This document shows, piece after piece, positions 13,236-27,106 of a stretch of 60,560 bases of DNA. Both the position numbers and the translations under genes were made by a program. Below the pieces are notes generated by a model. The model was not told where the DNA came from, made no database searches, and saw nothing but the letters and a program-made list of their open reading frames with translations. The stretch's first letter is position 1. Each line of letters opens with the position of its first letter. This DNA is from Aplysia californica (lineage: Eukaryota): positions 1,190,226 to 1,250,785 of the forward strand of contig NW_004797305.1 in assembly GCF_000002075.1 (NCBI RefSeq), given 5' to 3'.

Positions 13236-15933
13236 AGGAAAAATGTACAAAAGGTTCATTTAATAATCTCCACAACAACTAAACATGAAAATTTCCTCAA
13301 CAATCAAGCTGACAAACAATAAAAACTACTTGAAACACATTATTCTGTGACATGAACGTGCCCTTGGAAGCAGGGATCAAAATGGCATAAAAGAGAAAAG
13401 AAATCGATTGTATTATCATTACCAAGACAAAACAAGGTCCAGTTACCATGATAGTATTGAGTAAGGTGTACAAGGAAACTCGTAGTACTCTAACATTCAT
13501 ATGACAGGTCAATACATACGAAGTTGGAACACTCTATCCCTCACCAGAACAATGGGCTAGGAATAAAAATATTCTGCCAAACAGATGAAAAAAAATCTAA
13601 CCCAAATTCAATTTAAACCCTGAACTTTCATAGATTGCTTCATTTCGAGCTCAGCACAGCCACAGCAGTGAGCAAATGGTTTTTAAGAGAACACGAGGCA
13701 GTATAAGTTTTTTTTTAAGATAAAACTTTTCATATGAACTTCAAGCAATAATTTCATTTTAAAAGTTTCACTCACAATTTGTTGTAAATGTCTTATATTC
13801 CCCATCAACTCAATCAAGATCACACAGAAGGCAGATTGTTGTCAGGGGCCAATTTGGCCTGTATTAGATTAATCCCAGAGCCAAAAAAGCAGACAAACTA
13901 AATAAAATATCTCCTTCATGAAGGGAACAAAATCACTCTTGCATGCGGGGCAAAGAATCTAATTGCTACATCACAGACAACGCCGGTGGAACTTTCACTT
14001 TGCGCATATCATAAAACCATCTAAATATGAGTTACTATACAAGTACATGCATTCAAAATGTCTAAACTTCAATAAATCTGAACAATGCTAGCTTTGGAAC
14101 AAAGGAAAATGACATTATCGTTAAAACTTCAAGTGTACCCTATTAAAATAACTTCAACAAAGAAGCAGTTTGATTTATACTAAAAGAATGATAGCTACGA
14201 ATTTGACAAAACGTGAGGATGCATATTAACATGAATACTGTGTTGATGAGGTCATGATTTCCATTACAAGGCAAAGACTAGATATTCAGTTTCTTAATTT
14301 ACACACAAAGTAAAAACTGAGCTTGGTACACAATCCAAGCAGAATGAAGCACACACTATGTTGAGTCACCGGTTCTGAGTACATAGAAGGATAAACCTCA
14401 CTATCCCAGTCAAGGGGGCCATTGAAACACAAAAGCCCAAAGGAAGACTTTCAAGGAAAATATAAACATAACAATAAAGAATATCAAACTTGTATCACAA
14501 TACAGATCATTGAAATTCCCTATAAAATTGATGATTCAAAAAAGAAACATAGGTGCACTTACAAATGATGAGCACTTGTACAGCAATGAGATCTACGGTA
14601 CACATTACTAAATAGAGACCAAAAAAGCAATAAATACTTGTGTATTTAAATCACCAGAGCTACAGAATTTACACAGTCGATCTGTGTTCCCATTCTTATA
14701 GGCAACAGATGAAAAAAACAGCACCAAAAAAATGATAGAAATAGAAAGAGAAATTGAATGTTTACACTATCAACAAAGACAAGGGAGAAAAGGTAAAAAA
14801 ATCAAAGACTCTTGACTTCTTTTAAAGATTAAATGGAGACAATTTATCACTCTGACAAGATGAGAAAATGAAAGCCTTCAGTTCATTTCAGGATGGGAGC
14901 ATTATACTTTGATTTGTACACACATTACAATAGCTGTAAGCATAAGGATCAGTTCATGGATATATTATCAAATATTATGTACCTTCAATAAAATCCCAGG
15001 CTCACTTACATACACAATAGCCCATGACCACTTACATGCACAATAGACACCTTTATAGAGAATCAAAAAGCATAAATGCAGTGTGTCTGATCACTTAAAT
15101 TTAAAGAGGGTAGTGATCAGAACTGGCTATTTATTGAGCTTTGGATGTGAACCAGCCACCCTTCTCAGTTTTGGCAGATAAATATTAAATCATCTTTCAC
15201 ACCAAGATATCTTTCACTGACTTGACCAGAGGAATAAGGTGCAGAATGAACTCTCCCAACAGAGCATAAAAGATATCGATGCATTCTCAGAAGCAACAAT
15301 CATGCTTCTGGATATCATTTACAATAGCCACATTGCTTTCTGTTATGGAAACACTCACCAGATGTGTTTTAAAAAGTAAATGCAAAATTTAATTCAGGAT
15401 AAAGAACAGTCTTCAAATGGAAACATGCACTTCCAAAATAAAGCCCAACAAATTCCCCCAAATCAAATTTATAGAATAGATGAAAGTAGAAGAAACTATA
15501 AAGTTATATCTAGAAATACGATCGTGTCAAAAAGCATTGCTATATACTGTAAGTATGGTATAAAACTGAACAAAGAAGAAAAAGAGGGAAGAACTCACAA
15601 CGTTGAATAAAATTTTATAAAAACTTTATGTGGCAGCAATTTGGTTTTGAAACACCCTTTATTGTCCCTTGAAATTAGAGACAAATAAAGGAGTATGGCA
15701 AAAAGCAGCAAAAAGTGGCACAGTCGGCTAAGGTTGTACTTAAAACTAAGACAAGAGATATCAAAAGCAGAGGAATAGAGACAAAACACTGCAGAAACTG
15801 TTCAGAGCATTTGTTCATCACCAGCTCTCCCTATTTTTCCAATAGAAAAGCAAGTGATGAACCTGAGATTCTATAAATCGTGTAGACACACACAGTCACA
15901 CAACACAGAAGGAAAGATCTAAATGCCACAAAG

Positions 15934-16180
15934 TCAGAGCAGCTTCTGCAACCATTTCCCATAGTTTGCAGCAAGAGTTTCTTGGTAGTTATGAGAATTC
16001 TTCCCTTCAGTCTTGACAATATGCTCCAGCTCCTGAGTTATGGCCGCCGATCTCAGCACCACGGTAGCATCTGTGTCCATGGGATCAGCAGCAGGGACAT
16101 GGCCGTTCAGAGATGGCAACAAAGTACTGGCATTTGCTTCTAGGAACTCGGGCCTCAGGACAGTTTGGAATAGACACCTC
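15934..16180 (-). CDS. PTAR1: PTAR1 last coding exon with stop codon
   Basis: ttcacag acceptor, in phase; RRCLFQTVLRP...QETLAANYGKWLQKLL* matches the PTAR1 C-terminal A..Y.KWL pattern. Confidence 0.9.
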
Positions 16181-16289
16181 CTGTGAAGGTATAAAATAGG
16201 TCTTTTTTAAGTAACATTCCCTTTCCTTTAAACATCGAAAGAATAGACAGAGACAGAAACAAAAACATCAGAAATCAAGTGGGCATCGA

Positions 16290-16620
16290 ATCGAACATAA
16301 AATTCATCAAGAGACAGCTAATAACTTGGTTTGGACATGTAATGAGAATGGGGTCGCAACAGCCAGCCTCTAAAGCTATACCATGCCATTCAATGGCTTT
16401 AAGGCAAAAAGAAGGAAAAGAAAAAGATGGATCGACGCAGTCAAAGTCTCTTGAGAGACCCTCTAAAGGAACAGCGTGACGATCAAAACAGTAACACACC
16501 TGGCCCACGTGCGACAATTGCATCTCCCCTCGACACCTCATGGCATAAGAGGACAGAAGAGCATGAATTTAAGTTGACCCCTACTTGCACGGCGACGTCA
16601 AGTCACGTGAAGCAAACGTG
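16290..16620 (+). mobile_element. RTE-like LINE 3' fragment in a PTAR1 intron
   Basis: RQLITWFGHVMRM motif of RTE ORF2 C-termini. Confidence 0.75.
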
Positions 16621-17019
16621 CAATTGAAAATTTTACTGAAGGGTTTTGATGACAGGCCCGACTAATCAGAACTCGAACAGAGCATGTTTTGAAAGGAACA
16701 ATAGAACTAAAAATAATATTGATCACTTGTATATTCGCAATTGAAACAGTTATAAGGCCATTATGAGAGAATTATGAGTGGAAACGAAAGCAAAAGTAGA
16801 TCTTGAGGTTCGTAGTAAGGATACCAAATCGATACTACTTCCATTATAGTTGAAATAACACGTGCAAGCAAAGATCCAACACAACTTGGGGCGAGTTAAC
16901 TACTAAATCCGCCATCGATATTTAGCAAAAAAGTGCAGAGTGTTTCTGCAGACAAATGGTTCAATGGGTGCTTCCCGCGGCAGAGAAGAAAGCGCAGTAA
17001 ATTTTTAGAAAAATCCGAT

Positions 17020-17149
17020 GCAACTGAAGGAATTAAAAAATCGGGATACACGCCATCGAAATCTGAGAAATCGGGATGCTTGAGATTAGGGACACAAAAT
17101 CGGGACATCCCGATTAAATCAGGATGAATCGGGATGAGTGGCAGGTCTG
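17020..17149. mobile_element. hAT-like transposon terminus
   Basis: Repeated AATCGGGA subterminal motifs ending in TGGCAGGTCTG. Confidence 0.55.
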
Positions 17150-17197
17150 TGTACACCAATTTCCGAACCAAGCTATAGCACATGATGAAAATTTTCA

Positions 17198-17570
17198 CCC
17201 TTCGTGACACAGGGTCAGTTCGTGATGGAAAGGACACAGTTTTGGATCCCCAGGACACAGACAAGCGTTAGATTTAGTGGTCAGTTCCCTATAATTAGAC
17301 CCGGTTTTCAAATACAACTAAATATATATACAAGGAAAAATCTTCTTTCTACGGAACAAATATTCCCAAATGCGAATCTGCGATTAATTTTACCTAATAC
17401 AGCTAATAAAAGCAGTACACAGAATACAACCCATGACGAGCGGCGTTCGCCATCATGGTCCTCGTACCTCGCAAGGCAGAACGAACGATGTACGTCACAT
17501 CAGCATCTTGGTTCATTTGCCGTGTAAGAAAAAATGATGAACGGCATATGTCATATAGATCACGAAGGGG
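17198..17570. mobile_element. piggyBac-like MITE
   Basis: TTCA|CCCTTCGTGA ... TCACGAAGGGG|TTAA. Confidence 0.55.
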
Positions 17571-17633
17571 TTAAAAATCTTTCACATTTTTCTTGATCCT
17601 AGAGAGAGAATGAGTACCGTCAAGTGACCTCAC

Positions 17634-17860
17634 CTATGACACCAAAGAGCTTCATGGCCAGGGAAAGACTCAATCAGATCACAGACATACGCCATCTCCT
17701 GAGAATACAAATCGGCTGAGCTAAGCTGGTGCATGCTGGTGAGGCGGGCTCGTTGTCTGTGAATCTCCGACAGAAGAAACTGTCTGTAGTGAAAGCCACT
17801 GTGGTCGGATATGTGTTGTCTCGTCCAATCTTCAGTCATTTTCAGTTCGTACAGAAGAAC
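17634..17860 (-). CDS. PTAR1: PTAR1 coding exon 6
   Basis: tttcag/GTGAGG boundaries, 227 nt; VLLYELKMTEDWTRQHISDHSGFHYRQFLL...DLIESFPGHEALWCHR. Confidence 0.95.
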
Positions 17861-19603
17861 CTGAAATACAGAATGGCCTCATCAGATACCATAAGGTTTG
17901 ATTTGAGGAAACAGAAGTGCACTGACACAATAATAATAATAATAATAATGATTGCATTTATAGAGTGCTCTACCCCATACAAGTGTAAGCTTCGAGTGCT
18001 TTACATCGATTGCATGATTTCTGAGAGTAAAAGCTCATACACACAAGACACTAGAAAAAAAAACTTTCATATAAACAAGAAAACCAGTTCAACCACATTA
18101 GTACGAACTTTCTCACCCATACATTAATCATGTACACATAAGGACAGCAGTGAAAACAATAACAATAACGAGTATTCAGTGCTAGAAAAAAAGCAAAACT
18201 GACACAACTGAGCCAGAGTAAAGAAGCAGAACCTACCAGAGGCACCCTTCAATCACCTAAATACTATAAGGTATACCACTTCAAAGAATACAGCAAAATA
18301 TCATAAAAAGAACTAACTACATCGTGTTAATAGAATAACATTACTACCACTACAAAAAGAAAGGACTCATGCTTAATCAAGGTTCGTGCGAACATACTTT
18401 GAAACCTGCATAGTGTCGTTTAAACTCTTCTCGGACCTGTTGCCCATATACTGGTAACTTCTGGTCCAAAGTTTGATTCATTATTTCCATTCTATTGCAT
18501 TTGTAACATTAGTGAACATTCCAATGATACATAACGCCACTACACCGTTTCCTAGTTTCTGGTACCATAAAGCTGTTTTATCTCCCTCACAATTATTCAA
18601 GAGGCTACAAAATAATTACGTCCAAACAGAAACAACTGCCAAAAAAATTACATCCTGAAGAATTTAACTCCCTAGCACATACACAATTTGGCACTCACTG
18701 ATAGGCTTAAAATATATTTACCTATGAGTACACTTCCACCTTTCATCTTTTAAAATCAAGGAACACCTTTAGACTTACTATTAGTGCAGAGAGCCTTCAA
18801 AGAATTGGGCATCAGCTGCCATTGGAATTCAGTAACACACATAAGAAACACATAGTAAAGTCATTTGGCATTGACATGTTGCATTCTGTTCAGAGAACTT
18901 TCAGACATATGAACAGGGAATAGTTTGTAAGCTCAGAAGAGGAATTTTTGTGAGCCTTCTTTTTGCTGGTTCTCTGGGAATATACCCCAAGGCTCCATTT
19001 TGAGCAAAGAAACTTGGAACTTGTGGAGGATCTTTCATTTCTCCTTTGGAAAATGACATCTAGAAAAACATTATATGTGTGGCTGTGGCATCACGGTGAA
19101 ATCGGACGCTCGTCAAAATAACAAAATTGATCAAATTCACATTTTTCGACCTGCTGAGCAATTTTTATCGATTTTTTTTTTCTGCTCAATATCTTTTATG
19201 TCCATTTAGAGACACATTTCTCTGCCTATTTTAATGAAAAAGGTTGATCAAAGACACAAAGATTGTAAATTTGCAGTTTCCAGGGACGCTCAGGCTTCTG
19301 AAGGCTCCAAACTTTGACAGCTACTTCTGACATCAGATGACCCCTACTTCATTTAAGTGAATATATCTTAGTTTCTTTTCAAGAAAGAACGGCAATTTCT
19401 TCATCAAAAGCAAGACAAATGTGCTGGCTTTAAGATGATATCAATAAATCCATATGACACCTTCTTTTCTTTGTATGTTACTCTCTCTAATCTTGGGCAC
19501 TTATATAATCTAATAGTGTTGTAAGTGCCGTAAAATTCTTTCTAAAACTAAATTAAAATTGAAAGAATATTTGAAAATCCAAAAACAACTGGCAAAATCT
19601 TAC

Positions 19604-19916
19604 CTGCAAAGAACTGTTGAGACAGTGCTGAACCACCCAGATGCGGTGCGACCAGGCGTGGTAGTTGGAGGGGTAGTGGTCCGCCGCGCCACCACAAATC
19701 TCCAGCTCTCTCTGGGTGTGAGACTTGAGCAGGCGGCTCGACTCAAGAGAGAAGGCGCCACTGAGGTGGTCCCTGGGCTCCGGCGCGGCGCTCACGTCTA
19801 CATCTATAGCCTCCATGTTTACAGCGTCAGTTGAGGCCCCCGCGGCCGAGCAGGATGTGTTGCTACCAGAGCTGGAGGACAAGCAGTGGTCCAGGAGCTG
19901 CTGGAACAGCCACCGC
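19604..19916 (-). CDS. PTAR1: PTAR1 coding exon 5
   Basis: ctgcag/GTAAGA boundaries, 313 nt; RWLFQQLL...ELEICGGAADHYPSNYHAWSHRIWVVQH (PPTA repeat) with a Ser/Ala-rich insert. Confidence 0.95.
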
Positions 19917-21207
19917 CTGCAGCCAGAGAAACATAACACAGCATTCATTATTGTTAATTTGAGTAAAGTCAAGCATATCTAGAAAATTTCAGCCTCTCCG
20001 AAAAGGGGAAACGCACTCTGAGGAACATCACAGCAACTGCAGGAAACCCGCACTTATCACTTCATGGCATTGGACAGAAAGATGAAAGCCCAGCTGTTGC
20101 TGGTTAAATAACAATGACAACAACAGAAGGGGAAAAAATAAGACAAACAAACAGTAAAAAGAGAAGGAAGAGCCACCCATGGTACCCTCTTACCATCCCA
20201 CAATTTATTTGTTTCAATCACGAAAAAGTGACTACTTGTGTTGTTTCAGTCTTTGCTCTACATGTTCAATACTGCTCAATTGACTAAAAACCAATATTTT
20301 TCAAGGACATTTTTACCTAATCACCAGAGGCTAGTCAGAGAACTGTACTGTATATCTACTGGCTAGATTCATATTCCATTATCTGCTATACGGCCTACAT
20401 CATTGAGGCATGAACATTCAAATCCTACAAAATCAATATATATTGAAATAAAATAAACTGCAAAACACGAAATTTCAGTATACCAAACCGGTCAAACACT
20501 CCATGATCAGGCATAAGAGTTTTCCTCAAAATCCTCCCCCCCCCCCCCCCCCCCCCTCTAAAACAATAGGAATTCGGAAACAAAGAAATAGAAGTTTCGG
20601 AACAAAAAGATCAGAGTTTCTTGAACGCCTGTGGATTAAGATTACATAACAAACTGACAGCAGCTAATAAATGTGTATTGAAAATGCATGCAAAAAAAAA
20701 AAAAATCAGTGTTTTCAGTTCATTTACCGTAAGTTGAGAAATAATGCAACTAATCATTTTTCAAAAATGTATGTATTTTCTCATCATTTGCGATACGCAG
20801 AGTTCAAGGGAAAAAATTGGATTTTGTGCAAATCCAATCAGGGACCTGAGAGGTTCGATTTTATCAAACTACTTGGCAGGTTTGATGTACATACTTAATT
20901 AGATATGATGATACTTTCACAAGAAAAAGCAGGCAACTGAAGGACATGCTGAAAGAGCATGAAATATCAGTGGCACCCTGAACCACATACTTTTTAAAAA
21001 TTTGACAGGGTTTCAAAAAGGAAATAAAGATCATCATAATCTACCTTACACATAGCAGAAACAGACAGCAAGGTACGAAAGTTTGTGAATGCTAAAATAA
21101 AAAAAGGAAACTCTCACTTTTGCGTTACATGTACCTTACCATAGTTATATATCTTTAAAAGAAAAAGAAGGCATTAAACAACAGCTGGTTAGAGATGTGT
21201 ACATTAC

Positions 21208-21312
21208 CTGTGAATAAATGTTTCCGGACTTTTTGGATGTTTTGACAAGATAAGAGCTCCCAACATCAGGTCATCACTGATTGACAGGTAACTGTTCTCT
21301 ATCAGTTCTTTC
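21208..21312 (-). CDS. PTAR1: PTAR1 coding exon 4
   Basis: ttaaag/GTAATG boundaries, 105 nt; KELIENSYLSISDDLMLGALILSKHPKSPETFIHR (PTAR1 K.PKSPET.IHR motif). Confidence 0.93.
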
Positions 21313-21917
21313 CTTTAAGATGCAAACAAAGGATAGTTGGAGATGGGGAGGGGGGGGCTGCTACATTTTTATCTTCAACTAACGGACATTAAATCAGAAA
21401 TAATAAGTCAAACAATTGTATCATGAAGGAGAGCATGAGGGATTGTATGTGTGTACGTGTGCTGGTGTGTATGTGTGAGAGTGTGCGTATGAATAAGCAT
21501 ATGCATGTGAATGTGTATGTGTGTATGTGTATTTCGAGGTTCAAATGCTTTTGCCAAATTTTTCAAAACATCCAGCATGCTGTTGCTGTCTGTTCATAAA
21601 ATAACTTTACACTGTGGCTGCGAAGTTATTATGGGAAATGACTGTCAAATTCATTTTCCTACTTGCATCTTTTATCCAGAGAAACACATTATAAGTCAAG
21701 CACAAAAATAAAACTACACTTGGATAAAGTTTCAGAATTGGAAATTTAGAATGAATCAGTTTTGATCATAAAAATCTCCATTTCATACAGTTATCTTCTT
21801 TCTCTGCAAGTGCACATAAAACAATCATATAAAGACCACAGGAGAGCACACAATGAAATCTAAATGTTTCATTCAATTCAAAAATACATTTCAATTTCAC
21901 CTCAGCAATAACAATAC

Positions 21918-21993
21918 CTGATATTCCATGCTGTATAGTTGTCTGGGTTAAAGAGCAGCACAGCTCGACTCAAATTGCACAGTTCAATAGAAT
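21918..21993 (-). CDS. PTAR1: PTAR1 coding exon 3
   Basis: ttttcag/GTATTG boundaries, 76 nt, phase-compatible with both neighbours; DSIELCNLSRAVLLFNPDNYTAWNIR is a PPTA repeat motif (LLLNPD.TAWN.R). Confidence 0.93.
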
Positions 21994-22606
21994 CTGAAAA
22001 AGTCACAGCAACGTGGGTATAACTTAGAATTAAAAATGGTTTAATCACACTCACAGTGGGAAAAAAACGGTTTAAAAAATTGATTCCTCTACCATGTTAC
22101 AAATAAATTATTCCTTTGACAAAAGTGAGGCCTTACTCTTTCAATACAATGAGACACAAATATTTGAATCCTTTTAGTTCAGCTTCTAGATTCCTAGAAT
22201 TCAATACCATTCTATTTTACGTTTTTCTAAAAGTTCAATACAAGGTTTCAGAAGAATAAAAATAAAACTTATTCAAAACTAAAGAAAAAAAGAAATAAAT
22301 TTATTTTTCTTTCAAACATAAAAGAACCCATGAACCGTTATTGAGAAAAAGTAGACTCCCATGTCACAGTAAAATAAAAATCAGCATTTCCCTTTTTAGA
22401 ATTAACGTTCTGTAGGCATAAGTGAATTGTCAGTTGAAAAAAAATAAATACAACAAGTTTTATAGCAAAAAAAACCCAATTAAATTGGTAATTTCAATTC
22501 CAAGACCATAGCCGATGTTATTTTTATCAGTAAACATTACTGCACCTTTTATAGTAGGTTTTTTTTTCACCTTTCACTGGGGGCCACCATACACCAGAAA
22601 GCATAT

Positions 22607-22664
<58 letters not shown>

Positions 22665-22959
22665 TTAGAAAAGCTAAAATAAATCCCATTACATCTATAC
22701 TTTATTGCATTTAAATCATTTTAACATAGTAAGCATCTGACACATATTAATTACCTTAGAATGAATTACCTGTGCTCTTATACAAAGGCACTAATACAGG
22801 AGAAAAGTACAACACAAAATTTTTCTTGTGATTTCGTACAAAAAAAAAATGGAAGTCCCACAACCAATTTCAATGTACAAATCAACGAAAGATTAGATGA
22901 CCAACTGCACTTTACGAATTCACATTAGTGTAAGTTCAAGTCTGGTATTGCAAAATACG

Positions 22960-23170
22960 ATATATTATCTACTGTTAGCAAAATAACGGCAACACCAGTC
23001 TTACCACACATTGGAAAAAAAAAAGGTCAAGTGGTTCGGACACCTCACGCGGATGCCCTCAAACCATCCAGCTCTGAGAGCATACAACATTAAATATTCT
23101 GGATGGAGAGCCAGAGGAAGACCAAGGCGACGATGGAGTGAATCTGTGGCAGACACCCTCAAAGCTCACG
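22960..23170 (+). mobile_element. RTE-like LINE 3' fragment
   Basis: KWFGHLTRMPSNHPALRAY...GWRARGRPRRRWSESV. Confidence 0.85.
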
Positions 23171-23210
23171 GAAGAAAAAAAGTAAAAAAGCAAAATAACA
23201 CATCAAATAC

Positions 23211-23380
23211 CTAGAAACTTCTCAGAGGAAAGGCGTCCTCTCCAGCCAATGAGGCGATTCGCTGCATATTTCAGCAAAACTTTGACTGCCCATGCCTCTA
23301 CACCGAGTTTATGGTCTCGTAGAATGAAGGGACACTTGTTGTGCTTGGGCTCCAAAACAGGCAGGATATCATATTCATCT
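23211..23380 (-). CDS. PTAR1: PTAR1 coding exon 2 (first visible coding exon)
   Basis: ttttcag acceptor and GTATTT donor; encodes DEYDILPVLEPKHNKCPFILRDHKLGVEAWAVKVLLKYAANRL, matching human PTAR1 DEIGLIPCPEARYNRSPIVLVENKLGVESWCVKFLL (recalled). Starts in phase 2, so an upstream exon is required. Confidence 0.93.
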
Positions 23381-24190
23381 CTGAAAAGAAAGAGAAAAAA
23401 ATGACTACAAACGGTTGTCTCAGAAGAAAAATCCACTATGAAATAGCACCAACTTTCATAACAAAATCTCAGTGAGAAAAAACAAACACCTCAACTAAAA
23501 GTCCAAGCTTCTAAAACTATGTACTGTTTTTAGTTTTCAGAATTTTAAAGCGTTCTTTAACTCTACAAAATATTCCAGTACATACAGACTTCATATTACA
23601 ATATGTTAAATTTCCCTTTGGTCACTTTAAGGTTACTTACTTAACACAGTTTTAGATCTCCACTGAATCTTTGACATGATTTAGCTAAGTGGATATATAT
23701 AAAAATGGAAACTTCTTCATGAACATGACTCAATGATACGTGAGATCAAGAATTTTATCTCCTTTCGGAAATGGGCAAAATCTAGAACAGCCTTTGTGCT
23801 TGTCATATTAAGACATTTTTGGCGCCAGGAATTCCAAGCCTGCTGCAAGATAAAAATTCGATCCCCATTTGAAATCAAAGGGTTTTGAACAAATACTCAG
23901 ACAGAAACCCTCTAACAAAAACTTGTTAAAGAGTAAACTCTCGCATGGGGAGCATTGAACAACATATTTAAGTTGCGTTTTCTTTTCATTCAAGAACCTA
24001 TTTGACAGTAAACCTTGAACATGTATCTTCCAATACTGATGATGAAATTTGCATAGCTGCCAACTTTTCAAAACCAAAAAAACAGACTCTAAGTGTACTG
24101 CAGGTCAAGATGGTGGGCATAGGCCAAGCAACCCCGCTCCAAACCCTTCACACACATTTTTCTGCATGCAATAAATTCAAACTATTCCAA

Positions 24191-24650
24191 GGGGGCTCTC
24201 GTGGCCTAGAGGTTAAGGTGTTCGCCTCTCGTTCAAAAGTCCCCGGTTTGAATCAGGGCAGTGACGGAAAAATGTCCTTCTCTAAAATTGTCTCCTTTCC
24301 CCTCCTCCTTTCCTGCTCTCTAGCAATGTTCTGTTGTCTGCTTTCATTTACACTTTCTGCCCCTACCCCCTCACCTCCTTTGTCCCCCTCCTCTGGGCTC
24401 CTGACTCTTTCTGCAGCCTTTCTACTGCTACTCCTGGTCTCCTTCTAACTAATTTTACTGCTGTCTTTCAGCCACACCCTTGATCTTCTGGTAGGAAAGA
24501 TCTACACCTAACCTTCTCAGACAAGGGAGAAAAATCTCAGAGGTCGCGTGTGCAAGTTGCGAACGTTAAAGATCCCTTGATGGTCTAAAATCGATGAGTA
24601 GGCTTCGGGCTCCATCCGGGCAAAATTCAAAATTTCCTATCAACTGAAAA
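24191..24650 (+). mobile_element. Family-A tRNA-derived SINE (Deu/Nin-like central domain), 3' tail missing
   Basis: A box TGGCCTAGAGG, B box GGTTTGAATCA, domain GTGTGCAAGTTGCGAACGTTAAAGATCCC; aligns with 31968-32490. Confidence 0.9.
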
Positions 24651-25703
24651 TCTCGGATAATCTTTAACGTTTTTAAGAAAGAAAGAGAGTACCCCTTCCG
24701 TTTTGTTGTTCGATTTATCGACCATTCAGACCTAGCTGTAACTAAAACGACCCCGTAGTCACAAACTTTCATTGCCTTTGATACACACAATACAAAAACA
24801 TCCAGTACAAATTGAACGTTAAGATTAATGGTCTTTTTTACCAAGTCCAACTCCATGAGACCAAAAACAGTCCTGCCCCAGAAGATCAAACCAAATAACT
24901 GAAATAATTACTTTTAACTTTATAATTACTCCTACATTTATTACGATTTGTTTTTGTTGATAACATAAACGTCCAAGCCACCATTGGCACTCGTCGAGTG
25001 ACGATTGACATGATTCAAACGCCTAGACACCGTCATACTGTCACTTAGGCAGTAGAATCACGCAGATTTTGGTAGGTCTAAACCGCCTATGTCCAGTATT
25101 TAATGTAAGACAGCTTTTTCTATTTAAAGTTAGTTACAGACCATTGTCCTACATCATAGTATATCATAGGCCTATATCTGAATTTCAGATTCATAGAGGT
25201 ATGAGCATAATGAAATGAAATGGTTTTTTGCTTCTGAAAAATTTGTCTCTTGGCACTTAGGCAGTTGAATCACGCGACTAGCGACATCTATATGTCCATT
25301 TTGTTACATGTGGATGTATACAAATCTTTTTTTGCAAAAAGATGAATAAGAAAATGTGACAAATAACGTTTTAATTGTTTGATTATGCACTCATTTGAAT
25401 ATATAAGCGCATAATTAATTAACCAAATTGTAACCAAACAGCTCAGAGAGCGGGGAAACTAAAAGGTTAATAAAAAATATCACGCTTAGTTTCTTTTTTT
25501 AAAAACTTGTAATTGAAACTAAATGCAAATAACTCAAATTGATTATGCGCATAACTAATAAATTACATCGTTATTTTAGCCTAGTGAAGACATGTTCTCC
25601 CCCCCTCCCCGTTCCATACCATGGAAATATGCCTCAGAACTACAATCTTGCATTCATTCCTATTTGATGTGTGTATATAATATATTCTGTAAATGTGTCA
25701 CAA

Positions 25704-26091
25704 CGTGGAGGAATCGGGCACTCATCAATTTTTGGCATATGGATTTAGTGGCATCATCTACAGCTTGTTCATTTGTCTTGCTTTGGATGAAAAAAAATAT
25801 CCATTTGTCTTGAATAGAAGTCGAGGTATTTGCGAATGAAGGAGGTGGGGGTCGCTTGGTCTGAGAGGTAAAATTAGTGAGAAAATGGCCGCTAAAGATG
25901 AGTTATTTCCTTAGCTTGAGAGTCCGTGGAAAATGAGAATTAACGTTTTTCAATATAATTCACACTGATATGGATTCTTAAATGGACACAGAAGGGCCAA
26001 AAATCAAAATTTCGATAAAAAGTGCCAAACCAGCGGAAAAGTGTCAGTTTCTTTATTTTCATTATTTTGAAGAGCACCTGATTTCACCACG
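25704..26091. mobile_element. MITE (related copies at about 19093-19460 and 31753-32705)
   Basis: TIRs CGTGGAGGAATCGGGCACTCATCAA / TTGAAGAGCACCTGATTTCACCACG; internal similarity among the three loci. Confidence 0.7.
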
Positions 26092-27106
26092 CAGCCTCAC
26101 AAATAACATTGTTCTTCTGCTTTTATCATTATTATGAGTAAGTAGGCCTACCAATAATATGCTTAAATCCACGGAAATATACCTGAGTAATCTTCATTCT
26201 GCTTCTGCCAAAAACATGGCAAATACTGGAACAATATAATTTGCAGTTATCTTGAAGTCCACATCAGCACTAAATTAGCATAATCCCGAAATTAAGCCCA
26301 ATTATTGGTGACGGCAAATAGAAAGGAATCTTCATTACGCCCGTATCTATGAGTACAGTGTTCAGGCTGATCAAAACAACTGTCCAATCAGCAGATATGT
26401 TTTAACGCAGCCGTGATGTCACAGCAAGATGGCAGCAAGCTTATACGTCTCACGGCAAGCGTTTCTCGTGTACAGCAGTGTTTCCCTTTCTGGCTTTCAG
26501 GCCACGAGAAAAATAGCAAAGACGTCGACGTTATTTTTTTCAAAATGCAATTGTTTTGCGGATAATTTCACAAAAGAGTTTCTAATATATTAAAGTTCAG
26601 CTTGTCTGAGATGATACAGTAGCATTGCGTGGGTTAATCGACCACACATTTTTTTAAACAATTGCCTCAAAAAAACCACCTTGTAACTTTTCTTGTTTTT
26701 AGCTCGCTTAAGACACGGAAATCCACGGAGGCTAGATCCATCTTTCCTCTCATTGGTTGCCGAGTTTGGGGACATTTGGTTAATATTTAGATGGATTTCG
26801 CACCTTCCAACTACGGAGAGTCGGAAAATCACGGTGCCATTCTGCAGGTTTCAGTCTCGCTACCGACCAATCCTCTTTCTTCGATAATATTTCCGCTGTA
26901 GCTAAAGATATCGGAAAAGTTTTTCTTTAGTGAATGCCTCAACTTCTCCCGCATGTATTTAAGTGCGATATATGGGACTGACGCAAAGATCAATACTATA
27001 AATAAGCGTGTTCCCGGAGTTACCCCTGGCTCAGGCAAGTCAACCGCGTTCTCGCACTGCCGCGCGGGGCGTGTGGTATTGCTATCATGTATTTACAGGA
27101 AAGTCT

